A DNA stretch of 41,839 bases from Gemmatimonas sp. Its GTDB lineage: Bacteria; Gemmatimonadota; Gemmatimonadetes; Gemmatimonadales; Gemmatimonadaceae. The translations under genes were made by a program, and so were the position numbers. The notes under the pieces were generated by a model. It worked only from the letters and a program-made list of their open reading frames with translations. It made no database searches and was not told the origin of the DNA. Below, piece by piece: positions 18,889 through 28,011 of this stretch (the first letter of the stretch is position 1; the number at the start of each line of letters is the position of its first letter). The stretch lies in assembly GCA_031414535.1 (NCBI GenBank), contig JANNVQ010000046.1, forward strand, positions 1 through 41,839, written 5' to 3'.

Positions 18889-21423
18889 ATGGCCGACATC
18901 GTCAAGCTCAAGAAGAAGGCGGCAGACCTCGAGGCCAAGAAGCAGATCGACAAGGCCCTCGAGGTTTATGTCGAGATTGTGGAGGCCTACGAGGCCGGTG
19001 ACGAGGACACCATTGATATCCCCCTGTACAATCGCGTCGGGGATATGCTCCAGAAATCCGGCAAAGTCGGTGATGCCGTGGATCTGTGGGAGAAGGCCGT
19101 AGACCGATACGCGGAAGGTGGTTTCTACAACCCTGCCATCGCGCTCTGCAATAAGATCCTCCGCCAATCGCCTGGCCGGATGGTGATCTACTACAAGCTC
19201 GGGAAGATTCACGCCGAGAAGGGCTTCAAGGGCGACGCCCGTCAGAATTTCCTGGAGTATGCGAGTCGCCAGCAGAAGGCGGGCAATCTCGACGAAGCGT
19301 TCCGCGCGCTGAAGGAGTTCGCCGACCTCGTGCCCGACCAGCACGACGTGCGCATCATGCTCGCCGATCAACTCGCGAAGGCCGGCCGCAAGGATGAGGC
19401 CATCACCCAGTTGCAGCTTGGTTACTCGCAGGCCACGACCGACGGCAACGCCGACGCCGCGGCGCTGATTGTCGCGAAGATTAAGGAAATCGATCCCACG
19501 GTTGAGCCAGAGGCCACGACGTCCACTGCGGCCGTGGGCGGTGGTGGACTTGTCTTCCTCGACACGGGTGACGAGCCCCCGGTGCGCCGTCCCTCCGGCC
19601 GCACGACCATCGCGGACGTGAAGCGCGCCTCGCAGGCCGTGAAGGGATTGGAGTTGCTGGAACCGCCGCCGGGCCTGGTACCCGCCGCGCCCAAGCGCAC
19701 GCCACCCGCAACGCCGGCTCCCGCGCGCCCAGCCGCGCCGGAGCCCGAGCCCGTAGCGGCAAGCAACGACCTGATGATCGAGTCCACCAGCTTTGGGGCG
19801 GATGCACCGCCGCCACCGCGTGGCTCACTCATTGGGCTCGAGGTGACGAACCTCGCTGAGGAAGTGCCGGTCGCCGACCTGCCAATGCTCGGCGTGGATG
19901 AACCCGAAGAGAAATCTGCGGGAATCCCGCTCCTTGACGTCGAAGAGCCCGCGGAGAAGTCCGTCGATATTCCGTTGCTTGATCTGGAGCCCGCGGTCGA
20001 GGTTCCCACTGACTTGCCGCTCCTCGAGCCAGAGCCCTCAATTGGGCTCGAGCCCACAGCGCTCGAGATGGATGTCGCGGCTGCGTCGACGAATGACTTT
20101 GAACTCCTCGAGGTCGAGCACTCGGGCTCGGTAGACATTCCAGACTTTGACGCGCCGTCGCCGGTCGCTGATTTGCCATTGATGGATCTGGACGAGCTCG
20201 AGATCGAGGTCGCGCCCGAGGTGGAACTCCCAGTCGAGGCGGAGCACGTTGAGCCGCCCACGGTTCCCAGCGCGGCGACGCTCGCGGCCCGCGCGAGCCA
20301 GAGTCTGCCGATGATTAACCTCGATGACGCGATTCCCGTCGTCGAAGTCGCCGTACCGTCTTCTGCTCCGCGGCCCGTGGAGTCGCTCCGTGCGCTTGTT
20401 GACGCGTCACCGGATAACTGGGCCGCTCGCCGTCACCTCGCGGAGGCCCTCCTCGAAGAGGGCTTCCGCGACGAAGCTATGGCCGAGTTCGAGAAGGCGA
20501 TGGGCGGCTTCGAGGCTGCAGGCGACCTCGACACGGCTGGCTCGGTTGCAGAGGAAATCGTTCGCCTCGAACCCAAGTCCATCCGCTCCCACCAGAAGCG
20601 GGTGGAGTTCGCGTTCCGTGCCAACGATCGCGCCAAGCTGGCCGAGGCCTACCTCGAGCTCGCCGACGCCCTCCTCGCGGACGGGCAAGCGCAAAAGGCA
20701 CGCACGGTCTACCAGCGCGTCCTCGATATCACGCCGGACGACATCCGTGCGCAGGCGGCCATCGAGAGCATCCCTCTCGAAGTGCAGCCCGAGCCCCCGC
20801 AAGCACCTCGTCGCTCCACGAGCGTTGCGCCAAAGCCTCCGAAGGTCGCCCCCATCACACCGCCGCCCGCCGCAATAAAGAAGGACGCGGACGACGAGTT
20901 CGTGTCACTCGGCGATTGGTTGCGCGAGGACGACGAGCCCAAGAACACGCGCATGGTGGTGGAAGAGAAAGAACCCACCGGCGACGAAGCCGCAGACTTC
21001 TCCGACATGCTCCGCGCCTTTAAGGCCGGTGTAGCCGAGAACGTGGACGAAGAAGACCACGAGGCGCATTACGATCTGGGCGTCGCGTACAAGGAAATGG
21101 GGCTCGTGGACGAGGCCATCTCCGAGTTCCAAAAAGCCCTTCGTGGCACCAACAGCCGTGCTCGGACGTTCGAAGCGCTAGGGAATTGCTTCATCGAAAA
21201 GCAACAACTCGCCGTGGCGGCGACGATCATGCAGCGCGCGCTCAACGAACCGGGTACCGGTGAGGAGGCCCTCGTGGGTGTGCTCTACTTGCTCGGTGCC
21301 ATCGCCGAAGAGCAGAAGCAGTTTGCCGACGCCAAGAAGTACTACGAGCGCGTCTTTGCCGTGGATATTCAGTTCCGCGACATCGGCGACCGCCTGAACA
21401 CCGTGGAGCAGCAACTGTCGTGA
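18889..21423 (+). CDS. Large multi-TPR protein with acidic Pro-rich linker (SgmX-like architecture)
   Basis: N-terminal, central and C-terminal TPR blocks (e.g. HYDLGVAYKEMGLVDEAISEFQKA) separated by low-complexity acidic linkers. Confidence 0.85.
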   Translation: MADIVKLKKKAADLEAKKQIDKALEVYVEIVEAYEAGDEDTIDIPLYNRVGDMLQKSGKVGDAVDLWEKAVDRYAEGGFYNPAIALCNKILRQSPGRMVIYYKLGKIHAEKGFKGDARQNFLEYASRQQKAGNLDEAFRALKEFADLVPDQHDVRIMLADQLAKAGRKDEAITQLQLGYSQATTDGNADAAALIVAKIKEIDPTVEPEATTSTAAVGGGGLVFLDTGDEPPVRRPSGRTTIADVKRASQAVKGLELLEPPPGLVPAAPKRTPPATPAPARPAAPEPEPVAASNDLMIESTSFGADAPPPPRGSLIGLEVTNLAEEVPVADLPMLGVDEPEEKSAGIPLLDVEEPAEKSVDIPLLDLEPAVEVPTDLPLLEPEPSIGLEPTALEMDVAAASTNDFELLEVEHSGSVDIPDFDAPSPVADLPLMDLDELEIEVAPEVELPVEAEHVEPPTVPSAATLAARASQSLPMINLDDAIPVVEVAVPSSAPRPVESLRALVDASPDNWAARRHLAEALLEEGFRDEAMAEFEKAMGGFEAAGDLDTAGSVAEEIVRLEPKSIRSHQKRVEFAFRANDRAKLAEAYLELADALLADGQAQKARTVYQRVLDITPDDIRAQAAIESIPLEVQPEPPQAPRRSTSVAPKPPKVAPITPPPAAIKKDADDEFVSLGDWLREDDEPKNTRMVVEEKEPTGDEAADFSDMLRAFKAGVAENVDEEDHEAHYDLGVAYKEMGLVDEAISEFQKALRGTNSRARTFEALGNCFIEKQQLAVAATIMQRALNEPGTGEEALVGVLYLLGAIAEEQKQFADAKKYYERVFAVDIQFRDIGDRLNTVEQQLS

Positions 21424-22424
21424 CCCTCGAAGCTCGAGTGCAACTGCCGGTGGCCGAATCGCTTCGGGAAATCCAAGCGCCCATCAAGGACCGCCTGGAG
21501 CGCGTCCCCGATGAGATGTGGCGCATCATCCAGGCGGACGTCGACATCATTGAGGCGGCCAACGCGCACCTGAAGGGAATGCGCGGCAAGCTGTTCCGGC
21601 CCACGCTGTTGCTCCTCTCCTCGAGCATCGAAGGCACGCCAGAAGATCGCGCCGTGCCGTTGGCCGCCGTCGCCGAACTCGTCCATCTCACGAGCGTGGT
21701 GCACGACGACTCCGTGGACCATTCTGTGCTGCGCCGTGGCCAGCCCACCATCAATGCGCTCTTCTCGCATCAGGTGGCGGTCCTGATGGGCGACTTCCTC
21801 TTCGCCAAGGCTGTGGCGGAGCTCGTGCGCTTGGGCGACTTGGAGCCCCTGCGGGTATTCGCGAACGCGTCCAGCGATATGACGGTTGGCGAGCTGCGTC
21901 AGCTCTCGAGCTTCGACGCGCTCGCGTTCAGCGAGGCCGATTACCAGAAGCTCATCCGGGCCAAGACGGCCTCACTCGTGGGCGCGGCCTGCGAGATGGG
22001 AGCGTTGGCCGGTGCGCCCCGTTTTCGCGCACAGATGCGCACCTTCGGCGAGAGCATCGGCATGGCCTTCCAAGTGGCCGACGACCTCATTGATTACACC
22101 GAGACGGAGTCGGTGACGGGGAAGCCGAGCGGCAATGACCTACGCGAGCACAAGGTCACCTTGCCACTGATTCACGCTCTGCCCAAGATGACCCGTGCGC
22201 AGCGGCTTCGCGTGGAAGACCTCTTCAATGACGCCACACCCAGTGACGCCGCCATTGCCGAAGTCGTCGGCCTCGTGACGGAGTGCGGCGGGCTCGAGTA
22301 TGCCCGTGCCGAGGGCGAGCGGTTCGCCGCCGCGGCCGAGGGCGCGCTCAAGGACATTCCGGAGAGTGATGTGAAGCAGTCATTAGCGGATGCACTCGCC
22401 TACGTGATGGACCGGCGCGCGTGA
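21420..22424 (+). CDS. Polyprenyl diphosphate synthase (IspB/HepT-like)
   Basis: GKLFRP, first Asp-rich motif VHDDSVD...RRG, KTA, second motif VADDLID, and [10 protein letters not shown]. Confidence 0.93.
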   Translation: MTLEARVQLPVAESLREIQAPIKDRLERVPDEMWRIIQADVDIIEAANAHLKGMRGKLFRPTLLLLSSSIEGTPEDRAVPLAAVAELVHLTSVVHDDSVDHSVLRRGQPTINALFSHQVAVLMGDFLFAKAVAELVRLGDLEPLRVFANASSDMTVGELRQLSSFDALAFSEADYQKLIRAKTASLVGAACEMGALAGAPRFRAQMRTFGESIGMAFQVADDLIDYTETESVTGKPSGNDLREHKVTLPLIHALPKMTRAQRLRVEDLFNDATPSDAAIAEVVGLVTECGGLEYARAEGERFAAAAEGALKDIPESDVKQSLADALAYVMDRRA

Positions 22425-22720
22425 GCCAGCTGCGGCAGTCGTCACTGAAGGGGTCAGCCAAGCATCGGCCGGGGTATCATGCCCTTGTGCTCGCCATTGG
22501 ATTCGTGGTCGGCGGGTTCATGACGCAGTTCGCCCGGTTGTTCTTGCCGGCAGGGGCCGTGAAGGAGTTTCTCACCACCGGAGTGACCCCCAGCGTCGGT
22601 CCGTTGGGTGTGGATTTGGTTATCATAAAGTTCGGCCTTGGACCCATCGCGCTCGACGTCTCGTTGCTGAGCATTGTCGGGGTCCTCGCCGCTTACCTCA
22701 TCGCGCGTTCGCTGTTCTAG
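22421..22720 (+). CDS. Small membrane protein (DUF4321-like)
   Basis: 99 aa with two hydrophobic segments; GTGA overlap with the upstream stop; the family assignment is tentative. Confidence 0.65.
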   Translation: MSQLRQSSLKGSAKHRPGYHALVLAIGFVVGGFMTQFARLFLPAGAVKEFLTTGVTPSVGPLGVDLVIIKFGLGPIALDVSLLSIVGVLAAYLIARSLF

Positions 22721-22728
22721 GAGGCTCT

Positions 22729-22974
22729 ATGTTCGGACTCGGCCCAACCGAGCTGATGATTGGTCTGGTCATCGTGCTCCTGCTCTTCGGCGCCAAGCGC
22801 ATCCCCGAGATCGCGGGATCTTTTGGCAAAGGAATCAAGGAGTTCAAGAAGAATATGAATGAGGTGCAGGCGGAGATTGCGAAGCCAGCGGAGCGCGAGT
22901 CGCTACCACCGGGTGAAGAGCGTGTGACGAGCCGGCAGGAGAGCGAGGCGAAGGAGCCGAAGAGACTGCTGTAA
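22729..22974 (+). CDS. tatA: Twin-arginine translocase subunit TatA/E
   Basis: MFGLGPTEL...[30 protein letters not shown] ribosome-binding site upstream. Confidence 0.96.
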   Translation: MFGLGPTELMIGLVIVLLLFGAKRIPEIAGSFGKGIKEFKKNMNEVQAEIAKPAERESLPPGEERVTSRQESEAKEPKRLL

Positions 22975-22977
22975 GAG

Positions 22978-23091
22978 ACTGGACGGAAGCCGGATGACGG
23001 ATGCTGACGGCCAAGAAAGCGCGGGGGTGAGCAATGAGCTCACCCCCGCGCTTTGTCGCTATTAGCATCCGTCTTCCGTCTTCCGTCCAGT
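22978..23091. repeat. ATCCGTC-family 28-bp inverted arms enclosing a terminator hairpin
   Basis: ACTGGACGGAAGCCGGATGACGGATGCT (22978-23005) versus AGCATCCGTCTTCCGTCTTCCGTCCAGT (23064-23091), two mismatches. Confidence 0.9.
23016..23054. terminator. Probable bidirectional intrinsic terminator between convergent tatA and ppiD-like genes
   Basis: Perfect 17-bp stem AAAGCGCGGGGGTGAGC / GCTCACCCCCGCGCTTT with a 5-nt loop. Confidence 0.75.
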
Positions 23092-23111
23092 TCTAAGGAC
23101 GGATGCCTAGT

Positions 23112-24944
23112 TCACTCCACCACCTGTCTCCGCAACGTCGCATTCACTTCGCGCCGCTTGTCTATCACATTCGCATCCCGACGCAGCGCATCAATGAAGC
23201 TGCGGATGCGCGCTTCACGCGCGGCTGGCAGTTCGCGCTGGCGCAGGATGGTCTTGATCATCTCGAAATCCGCGCGATCAGTGGTACTGCGGTTGTCAAC
23301 GCGAAGCACGAACACCGCGTCGATGGTGCGGACGAGCACCGGCGTGCCCACTGGCGCGCCAAACGCGGCGCCGACGGCCTCGTTGCTGTAGCCGAGTCCG
23401 GGGACGAACGTGCGGCGATTGAACGGCGCGGAGGATTGCACCTGCACACCAGCCTTTACGGCGGCGGCTTCCAACGACGTGCCTCGTGCGTCGGCAAGAA
23501 GAGCCTCCGCCGTGCTGACCACGCCTTCCACGGACTTCCGCTCCTTCAGCGCCTGAATGATGTCCTCCTGCACGCGCTCGAAGGGCTGCTTGCCGCCCTC
23601 GACGAGCGAGTCAAGACGCACGAGGTAGTAGCCATCTGTGTCGTCAATGAGGTCACTGGTCTCGCCGACTCGCGTCCCGCTGAATGCGAATCCAGTGATG
23701 CCACGCACGCCGCGGCCAGCATATGTCGCGGCCTGGCCTTCGACCACGGGTACCTGGGTGACGAGCAACGAGAGCGCCTGCGCGGCCTCGTCAAACTTCT
23801 TGGGGTCGGAATTGCCGGCTGCGAGGCTCGCGAGGCGGTCCGCTGCTCGGTCCGTCGCTGTGGCGGCGGAATCGCCCTGCGCCACGCGCAGAAGAATGTG
23901 ACGCACCGCGAGGGTGTCGCCCTTCTTCTCGGTGGCCTGAATGAGGTGCCAGCCGAAGTCCGTCTTCACCGGCTCGGAGATCTGCCCAGCACGCAGCGCG
24001 AAGGCCGCATCCTCAAACGCGGCCACGAAGCGACCCCGCACGCCGCGGCCCAAGTCGCCGCCGTTCGCGGCGGAGACGGAGTCCTGCGACTCGCGCTTCG
24101 CGACATCAGCGAAGCTGGACTGTCCGCTCGAGATTTCTGTGCGCAGTGCCCGCAGGCGCGCGAGCGTTGCCGCGGAATCTGCGGCCGTTGGGGTGCGGGG
24201 GATGGCAACGACGGAAACGACCGCGCGGCCCGGACGGACCCAGCGATCCTCGTACTGCTCGTAGTAGCGACGAGCATCGGCCACACTGACGTCGGCGGCC
24301 TGGAACTGCGCCGGAGTCGGACGGAAGGCCGCGAAGGAGACGGTGGCGGAGTCGCGCTCATCCTTGTACGCCTGCCACAACACCTCGTCGCTCATCCAGG
24401 TCTCAGCAGCCACCTGCGCAAAGAGCTTGGTGCGGGGCAGTTCCGTGCGATAATAGTCTTCAAGCTGGCGCAGAAGGCCCTGCTGGCGCGCGGCCGGCGA
24501 GGTCAGGAAGCGCTGGTACTTGGCCGGGTCAAACTGGCCATCCGTCTGCAACTCCGGCGCCTGCATGAACTGCGGCGGCGGTGAGAACTTGGCAGCGTCA
24601 ATGATCTCCTGATCCGTGACCCGGATGCGTCGACGCTCGTACTCTTGTTGAAGGAGGATGTCCGAGACCAACTGGTCGAAGGCCGCCTGTTCTGCTTGAA
24701 GGCGCTCGTCCAAGGTCACGGCCCGGCCCGACTGTTGCTCCTGCTGTTGCACGAGCTGGCGTGTCAGGTTCTCCCACGTGAGGTAGGGAATCTTTTCTCC
24801 GTTCACTTCGCCCACGATGGTCGAAGTGCTCACGCCTGTCTGACCGATGAGGCCGGACATGTCGGCAAGCAAGAACCCGCCGACGAAGGCGACGAAGAGG
24901 AAGATCCAGATGAACTTGGCAGCGCCCCGCATCTGTTGAAGCAC
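23112..24944 (-). CDS. Membrane-anchored periplasmic chaperone/parvulin PPIase (PpiD/SurA-like)
   Basis: N-terminal TM segment, SurA_N-like region and rotamase domain (FADVAKRESQD..SAANGGDLG...ISEPVKTDFGWHLI). Confidence 0.9.
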   Translation of the reverse strand: MLQQMRGAAKFIWIFLFVAFVGGFLLADMSGLIGQTGVSTSTIVGEVNGEKIPYLTWENLTRQLVQQQEQQSGRAVTLDERLQAEQAAFDQLVSDILLQQEYERRRIRVTDQEIIDAAKFSPPPQFMQAPELQTDGQFDPAKYQRFLTSPAARQQGLLRQLEDYYRTELPRTKLFAQVAAETWMSDEVLWQAYKDERDSATVSFAAFRPTPAQFQAADVSVADARRYYEQYEDRWVRPGRAVVSVVAIPRTPTAADSAATLARLRALRTEISSGQSSFADVAKRESQDSVSAANGGDLGRGVRGRFVAAFEDAAFALRAGQISEPVKTDFGWHLIQATEKKGDTLAVRHILLRVAQGDSAATATDRAADRLASLAAGNSDPKKFDEAAQALSLLVTQVPVVEGQAATYAGRGVRGITGFAFSGTRVGETSDLIDDTDGYYLVRLDSLVEGGKQPFERVQEDIIQALKERKSVEGVVSTAEALLADARGTSLEAAAVKAGVQVQSSAPFNRRTFVPGLGYSNEAVGAAFGAPVGTPVLVRTIDAVFVLRVDNRSTTDRADFEMIKTILRQRELPAAREARIRSFIDALRRDANVIDKRREVNATLRRQVVE

Positions 24945-25093
24945 GGCGGAGAATCCTGAGACGAGATGAAAGAAGAACCGGCGGAGCAGGACCGGCGCGG
25001 GGCCCTCAGGCCCGGCGCATCAATTGCACCGCAGGGGGGAATAGCAAAGCCCCGAAACCTAGCCGCCGAACTGACCTAAAATCAAGCCAGACG

Positions 25094-25144
25094 TAGACTT
25101 CGCTTAGACTTCGATTGACGCTGGCTCTCGCTGTCTTGTAAGTT
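25094..25144 (+). promoter_or_regulatory. Direct repeat TAGACTTCG x2 (11-bp period) abutting a putative promoter
   Basis: Repeats at 25094-25102 and 25105-25113, then TTGACG (25115-25120)-18 nt-TAAGTT (25139-25144), in the divergent intergenic region. Confidence 0.45.
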
Positions 25145-25194
25145 CACACTGGGGCAACCCCAGGCTTTTCCAACCTTCTTTTTCCCCCCCCCGG

Positions 25195-27399
25195 ATGGCT
25201 GAGAACTCACGGATCGAGGACCTGCGGAAGCGGTACCACGAGAACCCTCGCCGGTTCTTCGCGCCGCTTGCCAACGAGTACCGCAAGGCCGGGTTCCTCG
25301 ACCGCGCGCTGCTGCTCTGCCAGAAGCACGTCCCCGAACAGCCAGACAACATGAATGGCCTCGTGGTCTTCGGGCAGATTCTCTTTGAATCCGGCGACAC
25401 CGTGGGGGCGCGGGAGCCCTTCGAAAATGCCCTCCGGGTTGACCCCGAGAATCTCATTGCGCTGCGCCACTTGGGCGACATCGCGCGCATTGGCGGGGAC
25501 ATTCCCGCCGCCAAGCAGTGGTACGAGCGCGTGCTCGAACTCGACCGTCGCAACGACGAAGTGCTCGACCTCATGCAACAGATGGGACTCGGCGATGCGC
25601 CAGCCGACACGCCCACCATGCGGCCCTCCACAGCAGCCGGCGGCCTCGTGTCGGTCGCGTCGTCTGTGAGTATTAGTGGCGGAACAGATGTCGGGATGAT
25701 TGATCTGGATATGCCTGCTCCCGGTGCGCTGCCGGCGCCGGTAGCGAAGCCTGCTGGCCCAGGTGGCACTCTAGTCATCAACGCCCAGGCACTTGCTGAT
25801 CGTGATCGCCGAGACGCCGACACCGCGACGGCGTCCACGCAGGCGGTTGAAGCGGTGCGTGTCGCCGACACCGTGGCGGCCGCGCCATCACTTGATGCAC
25901 CAGTCGCGCGCCCCAGTCGGCGCGCGTCCCTACTCGATATCGATTTTGAATTCTCGGAGACCGGTGACGTCGCCGAGAAGCCCGTGGTTCCCGCTGCGCC
26001 CGTCACGAGTGCGGAAGCCGCGGAGTACGGATTCGTTGATGTGAGTGCGCAGTCTGCTCCCACTGTCAACATGGACGCGGTGAGCGATTCCCTCATTGTA
26101 GAAACGACCGGGGATGTCGCGCCGCTCGGCCTCGAGCCGACGATTGCCGCCGCGCCGCCCGCGCCCGAGCCTGAAATCCCGGCTGAAGACTTCGAGCTCG
26201 CAGACTTCAGCGCGCAGGTCTCGCCGATCGCAGGCCTCGAGGCCACGGAGTTCACCAGCGACGTCGTGGAGCCCCTGGCCGATCTCGACAACGACACGGC
26301 CTCCGCAACGCGCCCGCCGGTTGCCGCACTCGACGGCCTCGATCGTCCGGACGTGGAGCCAGGCACCGTCGAGCCGCTCAGCGGCATAGCTGACCTTCCG
26401 TTGCTCGATGAGCCGGCGTCCGTATCTGACGCCATCAATGAGGAGATGAGTGCTAGGCCGCGGCCGCGGATGACGAAGGCCGACTTGTCCTCGCTGCCGC
26501 TACTCGCAGATTTCGGCCTGGAAGACGACGAGCCGGCGACGAGCAAGCCGACGCCAGTTATGACGCCCGCCGTGACGGCGAAGTCCACGCCGACCTTCGT
26601 CACGGAGACGATGGCCGCCTTGTACGTGCAGCAGGGACACATCGTCGAAGCCATGGATGTGTACCGCCAACTCCTCGTGCAGTCGCCGAACGACGCCGGA
26701 CTCCGCGCCAAGCTCACGGAACTCGAGCGGATGCAACAGGCGGAAGCAGCGACGGCTGCCGCCGCGGCGGATTCTGAAATGCCGGAGTTTGACGAGCCCA
26801 TTGATGCCGAGGAGCCAGAGCCTGCCGCGGCCAATTCCGCGATGGCTGGCGTCTCGTTTGGCGATATCGGCCTGACGGGGCAGGGAAGCCAGACCCCGGT
26901 CGTTACACCAGTCGTCGCCGCGGGGCCCAGTGCTCGCGAGTTCTTTGGCGGCTTCGCACGTCGTGCTGCTGTGGCCGCCGCAGTCGTCGCGGTGGCCGTC
27001 GCGAGTGAGCACGCCGACGCGAGTGCGCATGAAGACGCGCCGGCCGAGCCGGTCACGGCAATCTCCGAGCACGTCTCTGCCTGGCCGCTCGATGCGCTCT
27101 TCGGTGCCGCGCAGGATGTGCGTGATTTACACGCCGCTGAAGTGCTCGCCGGCGTCGCCGGCTTCGAAGGCCCCGATGGAGGCACCGGCTTCGACGCGCT
27201 GTTCGCCGAGCAGGCCCAGCCGGCGCGCCGCGCCGCGCCGCGCGCCTCGGAGATGCTCAAGTTCGACCAGTTCTTCCAAGCGCCAGGCACGGCCGCTCCG
27301 GCGGCGCCAGCACCCGCGCCAGACGTATCCGCGGCCGCACCGGGGGAGGACGATGACCTCGACCAGTTCCACGGTTGGCTTCAAGGGCTCAAGCAGTGA
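25195..27399 (+). CDS. TPR protein with long acidic/Pro/Ala-rich disordered region
   Basis: N-terminal TPRs (FAPLANEYRKAG, ALRVDPENLIALRHLGDI), an internal TETMAALYVQQGH..AMDVYRQLL helix pair and a C-terminal DQFHGWLQGLK helix. Confidence 0.82.
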   Translation: MAENSRIEDLRKRYHENPRRFFAPLANEYRKAGFLDRALLLCQKHVPEQPDNMNGLVVFGQILFESGDTVGAREPFENALRVDPENLIALRHLGDIARIGGDIPAAKQWYERVLELDRRNDEVLDLMQQMGLGDAPADTPTMRPSTAAGGLVSVASSVSISGGTDVGMIDLDMPAPGALPAPVAKPAGPGGTLVINAQALADRDRRDADTATASTQAVEAVRVADTVAAAPSLDAPVARPSRRASLLDIDFEFSETGDVAEKPVVPAAPVTSAEAAEYGFVDVSAQSAPTVNMDAVSDSLIVETTGDVAPLGLEPTIAAAPPAPEPEIPAEDFELADFSAQVSPIAGLEATEFTSDVVEPLADLDNDTASATRPPVAALDGLDRPDVEPGTVEPLSGIADLPLLDEPASVSDAINEEMSARPRPRMTKADLSSLPLLADFGLEDDEPATSKPTPVMTPAVTAKSTPTFVTETMAALYVQQGHIVEAMDVYRQLLVQSPNDAGLRAKLTELERMQQAEAATAAAAADSEMPEFDEPIDAEEPEPAAANSAMAGVSFGDIGLTGQGSQTPVVTPVVAAGPSAREFFGGFARRAAVAAAVVAVAVASEHADASAHEDAPAEPVTAISEHVSAWPLDALFGAAQDVRDLHAAEVLAGVAGFEGPDGGTGFDALFAEQAQPARRAAPRASEMLKFDQFFQAPGTAAPAAPAPAPDVSAAAPGEDDDLDQFHGWLQGLKQ

Positions 27400-27839
27400 G
27401 AATCGCGGTATTCAACGGGCCGAATCTCAACCTGCTCGGCATTCGCGAGCCAGAAATTTACGGCACCACGACACTCGAGGAAATCGAGGCCCGACTCGAA
27501 GTCGTCGGCGCCGAACTCGGCGTCACGCTGCTCTTCTCGCAGTTCAATGATGAAGGTCGCATGCTCGATGCCATTCACAACTGCCGAGGTGTGGTGCAAG
27601 GCGCGCTGGTGAACGCCGGCGCGTGGACGCACACGAGCCTCGCCCTGCGCGATGCCTTCACGGGCGTGAAGTTGCCGTACGTGGAAGTGCACCTCAGCAA
27701 CATCTACGCGAGGGAGCCGGAGCGGAGGCATTCGTGGCTGGCTCCCGGCGCCATTGGCATCATCGCGGGCTTCGGCGCTGAAGGGTATGAGCTGGCTTTG
27801 CGTGGATTGGCGAAGGCGCTGGCGGAGCGAGGCGAATAG
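27396..27839 (+). CDS. aroQ: Type II 3-dehydroquinate dehydratase
   Basis: NGPNLNLLGIREPEIYG, NAGAWTHTS and EVHLSNIYARE motifs; GTG 27396 overlaps the upstream stop. Confidence 0.97.
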   Translation: MRIAVFNGPNLNLLGIREPEIYGTTTLEEIEARLEVVGAELGVTLLFSQFNDEGRMLDAIHNCRGVVQGALVNAGAWTHTSLALRDAFTGVKLPYVEVHLSNIYAREPERRHSWLAPGAIGIIAGFGAEGYELALRGLAKALAERGE

Positions 27840-28011
27840 CGAGGAGCGAAGAGCGAACATCGAAAATCGAAAAGCGAAGAGCGAGGGGTTAAGGTTCCAA
27901 GGGTCGAAGGGGAAGACCTTCTCGATCTTGCCTTCGCTCCTTCATCGCTTCGTTCTTCGCTCTTCGTTCTTCGTACTTCGCTCTTCATCTCTTCGCTCCT
28001 CGCTCTTCCCC
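27832..28011. repeat. Inverted pair of degenerate heptamer arrays (GCGAAGA / CTTCGCT)
   Basis: Eight purine-rich units at 27832-27887 and about nine pyrimidine-rich units at 27948-28011. Confidence 0.9.

Noticed and set aside
23103..24584. 493-aa + strand ORF, and similar long antisense ORFs at 12245-13732, 33757-35421 and 39180-40445
   Set aside because: Each overlaps a well-supported gene on the opposite strand and shows no domain signature; such ORFs are expected from codon bias at high GC.
25104..27290. 728-aa ORF on the - strand
   Set aside because: Antisense shadow of the TPR gene in GC-rich DNA; Ser/Ala-rich with no recognisable motif.
27754..28011. N-terminal ORF extensions of rarA (also radical SAM 16437-16580, accB 32371-32430, pal 7843-7959, LEA_2 29397-29489, lptD 9956-10240)
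   Set aside because: They translate repeat DNA or overlap the upstream gene; family homology or signal peptides begin at the downstream starts used.
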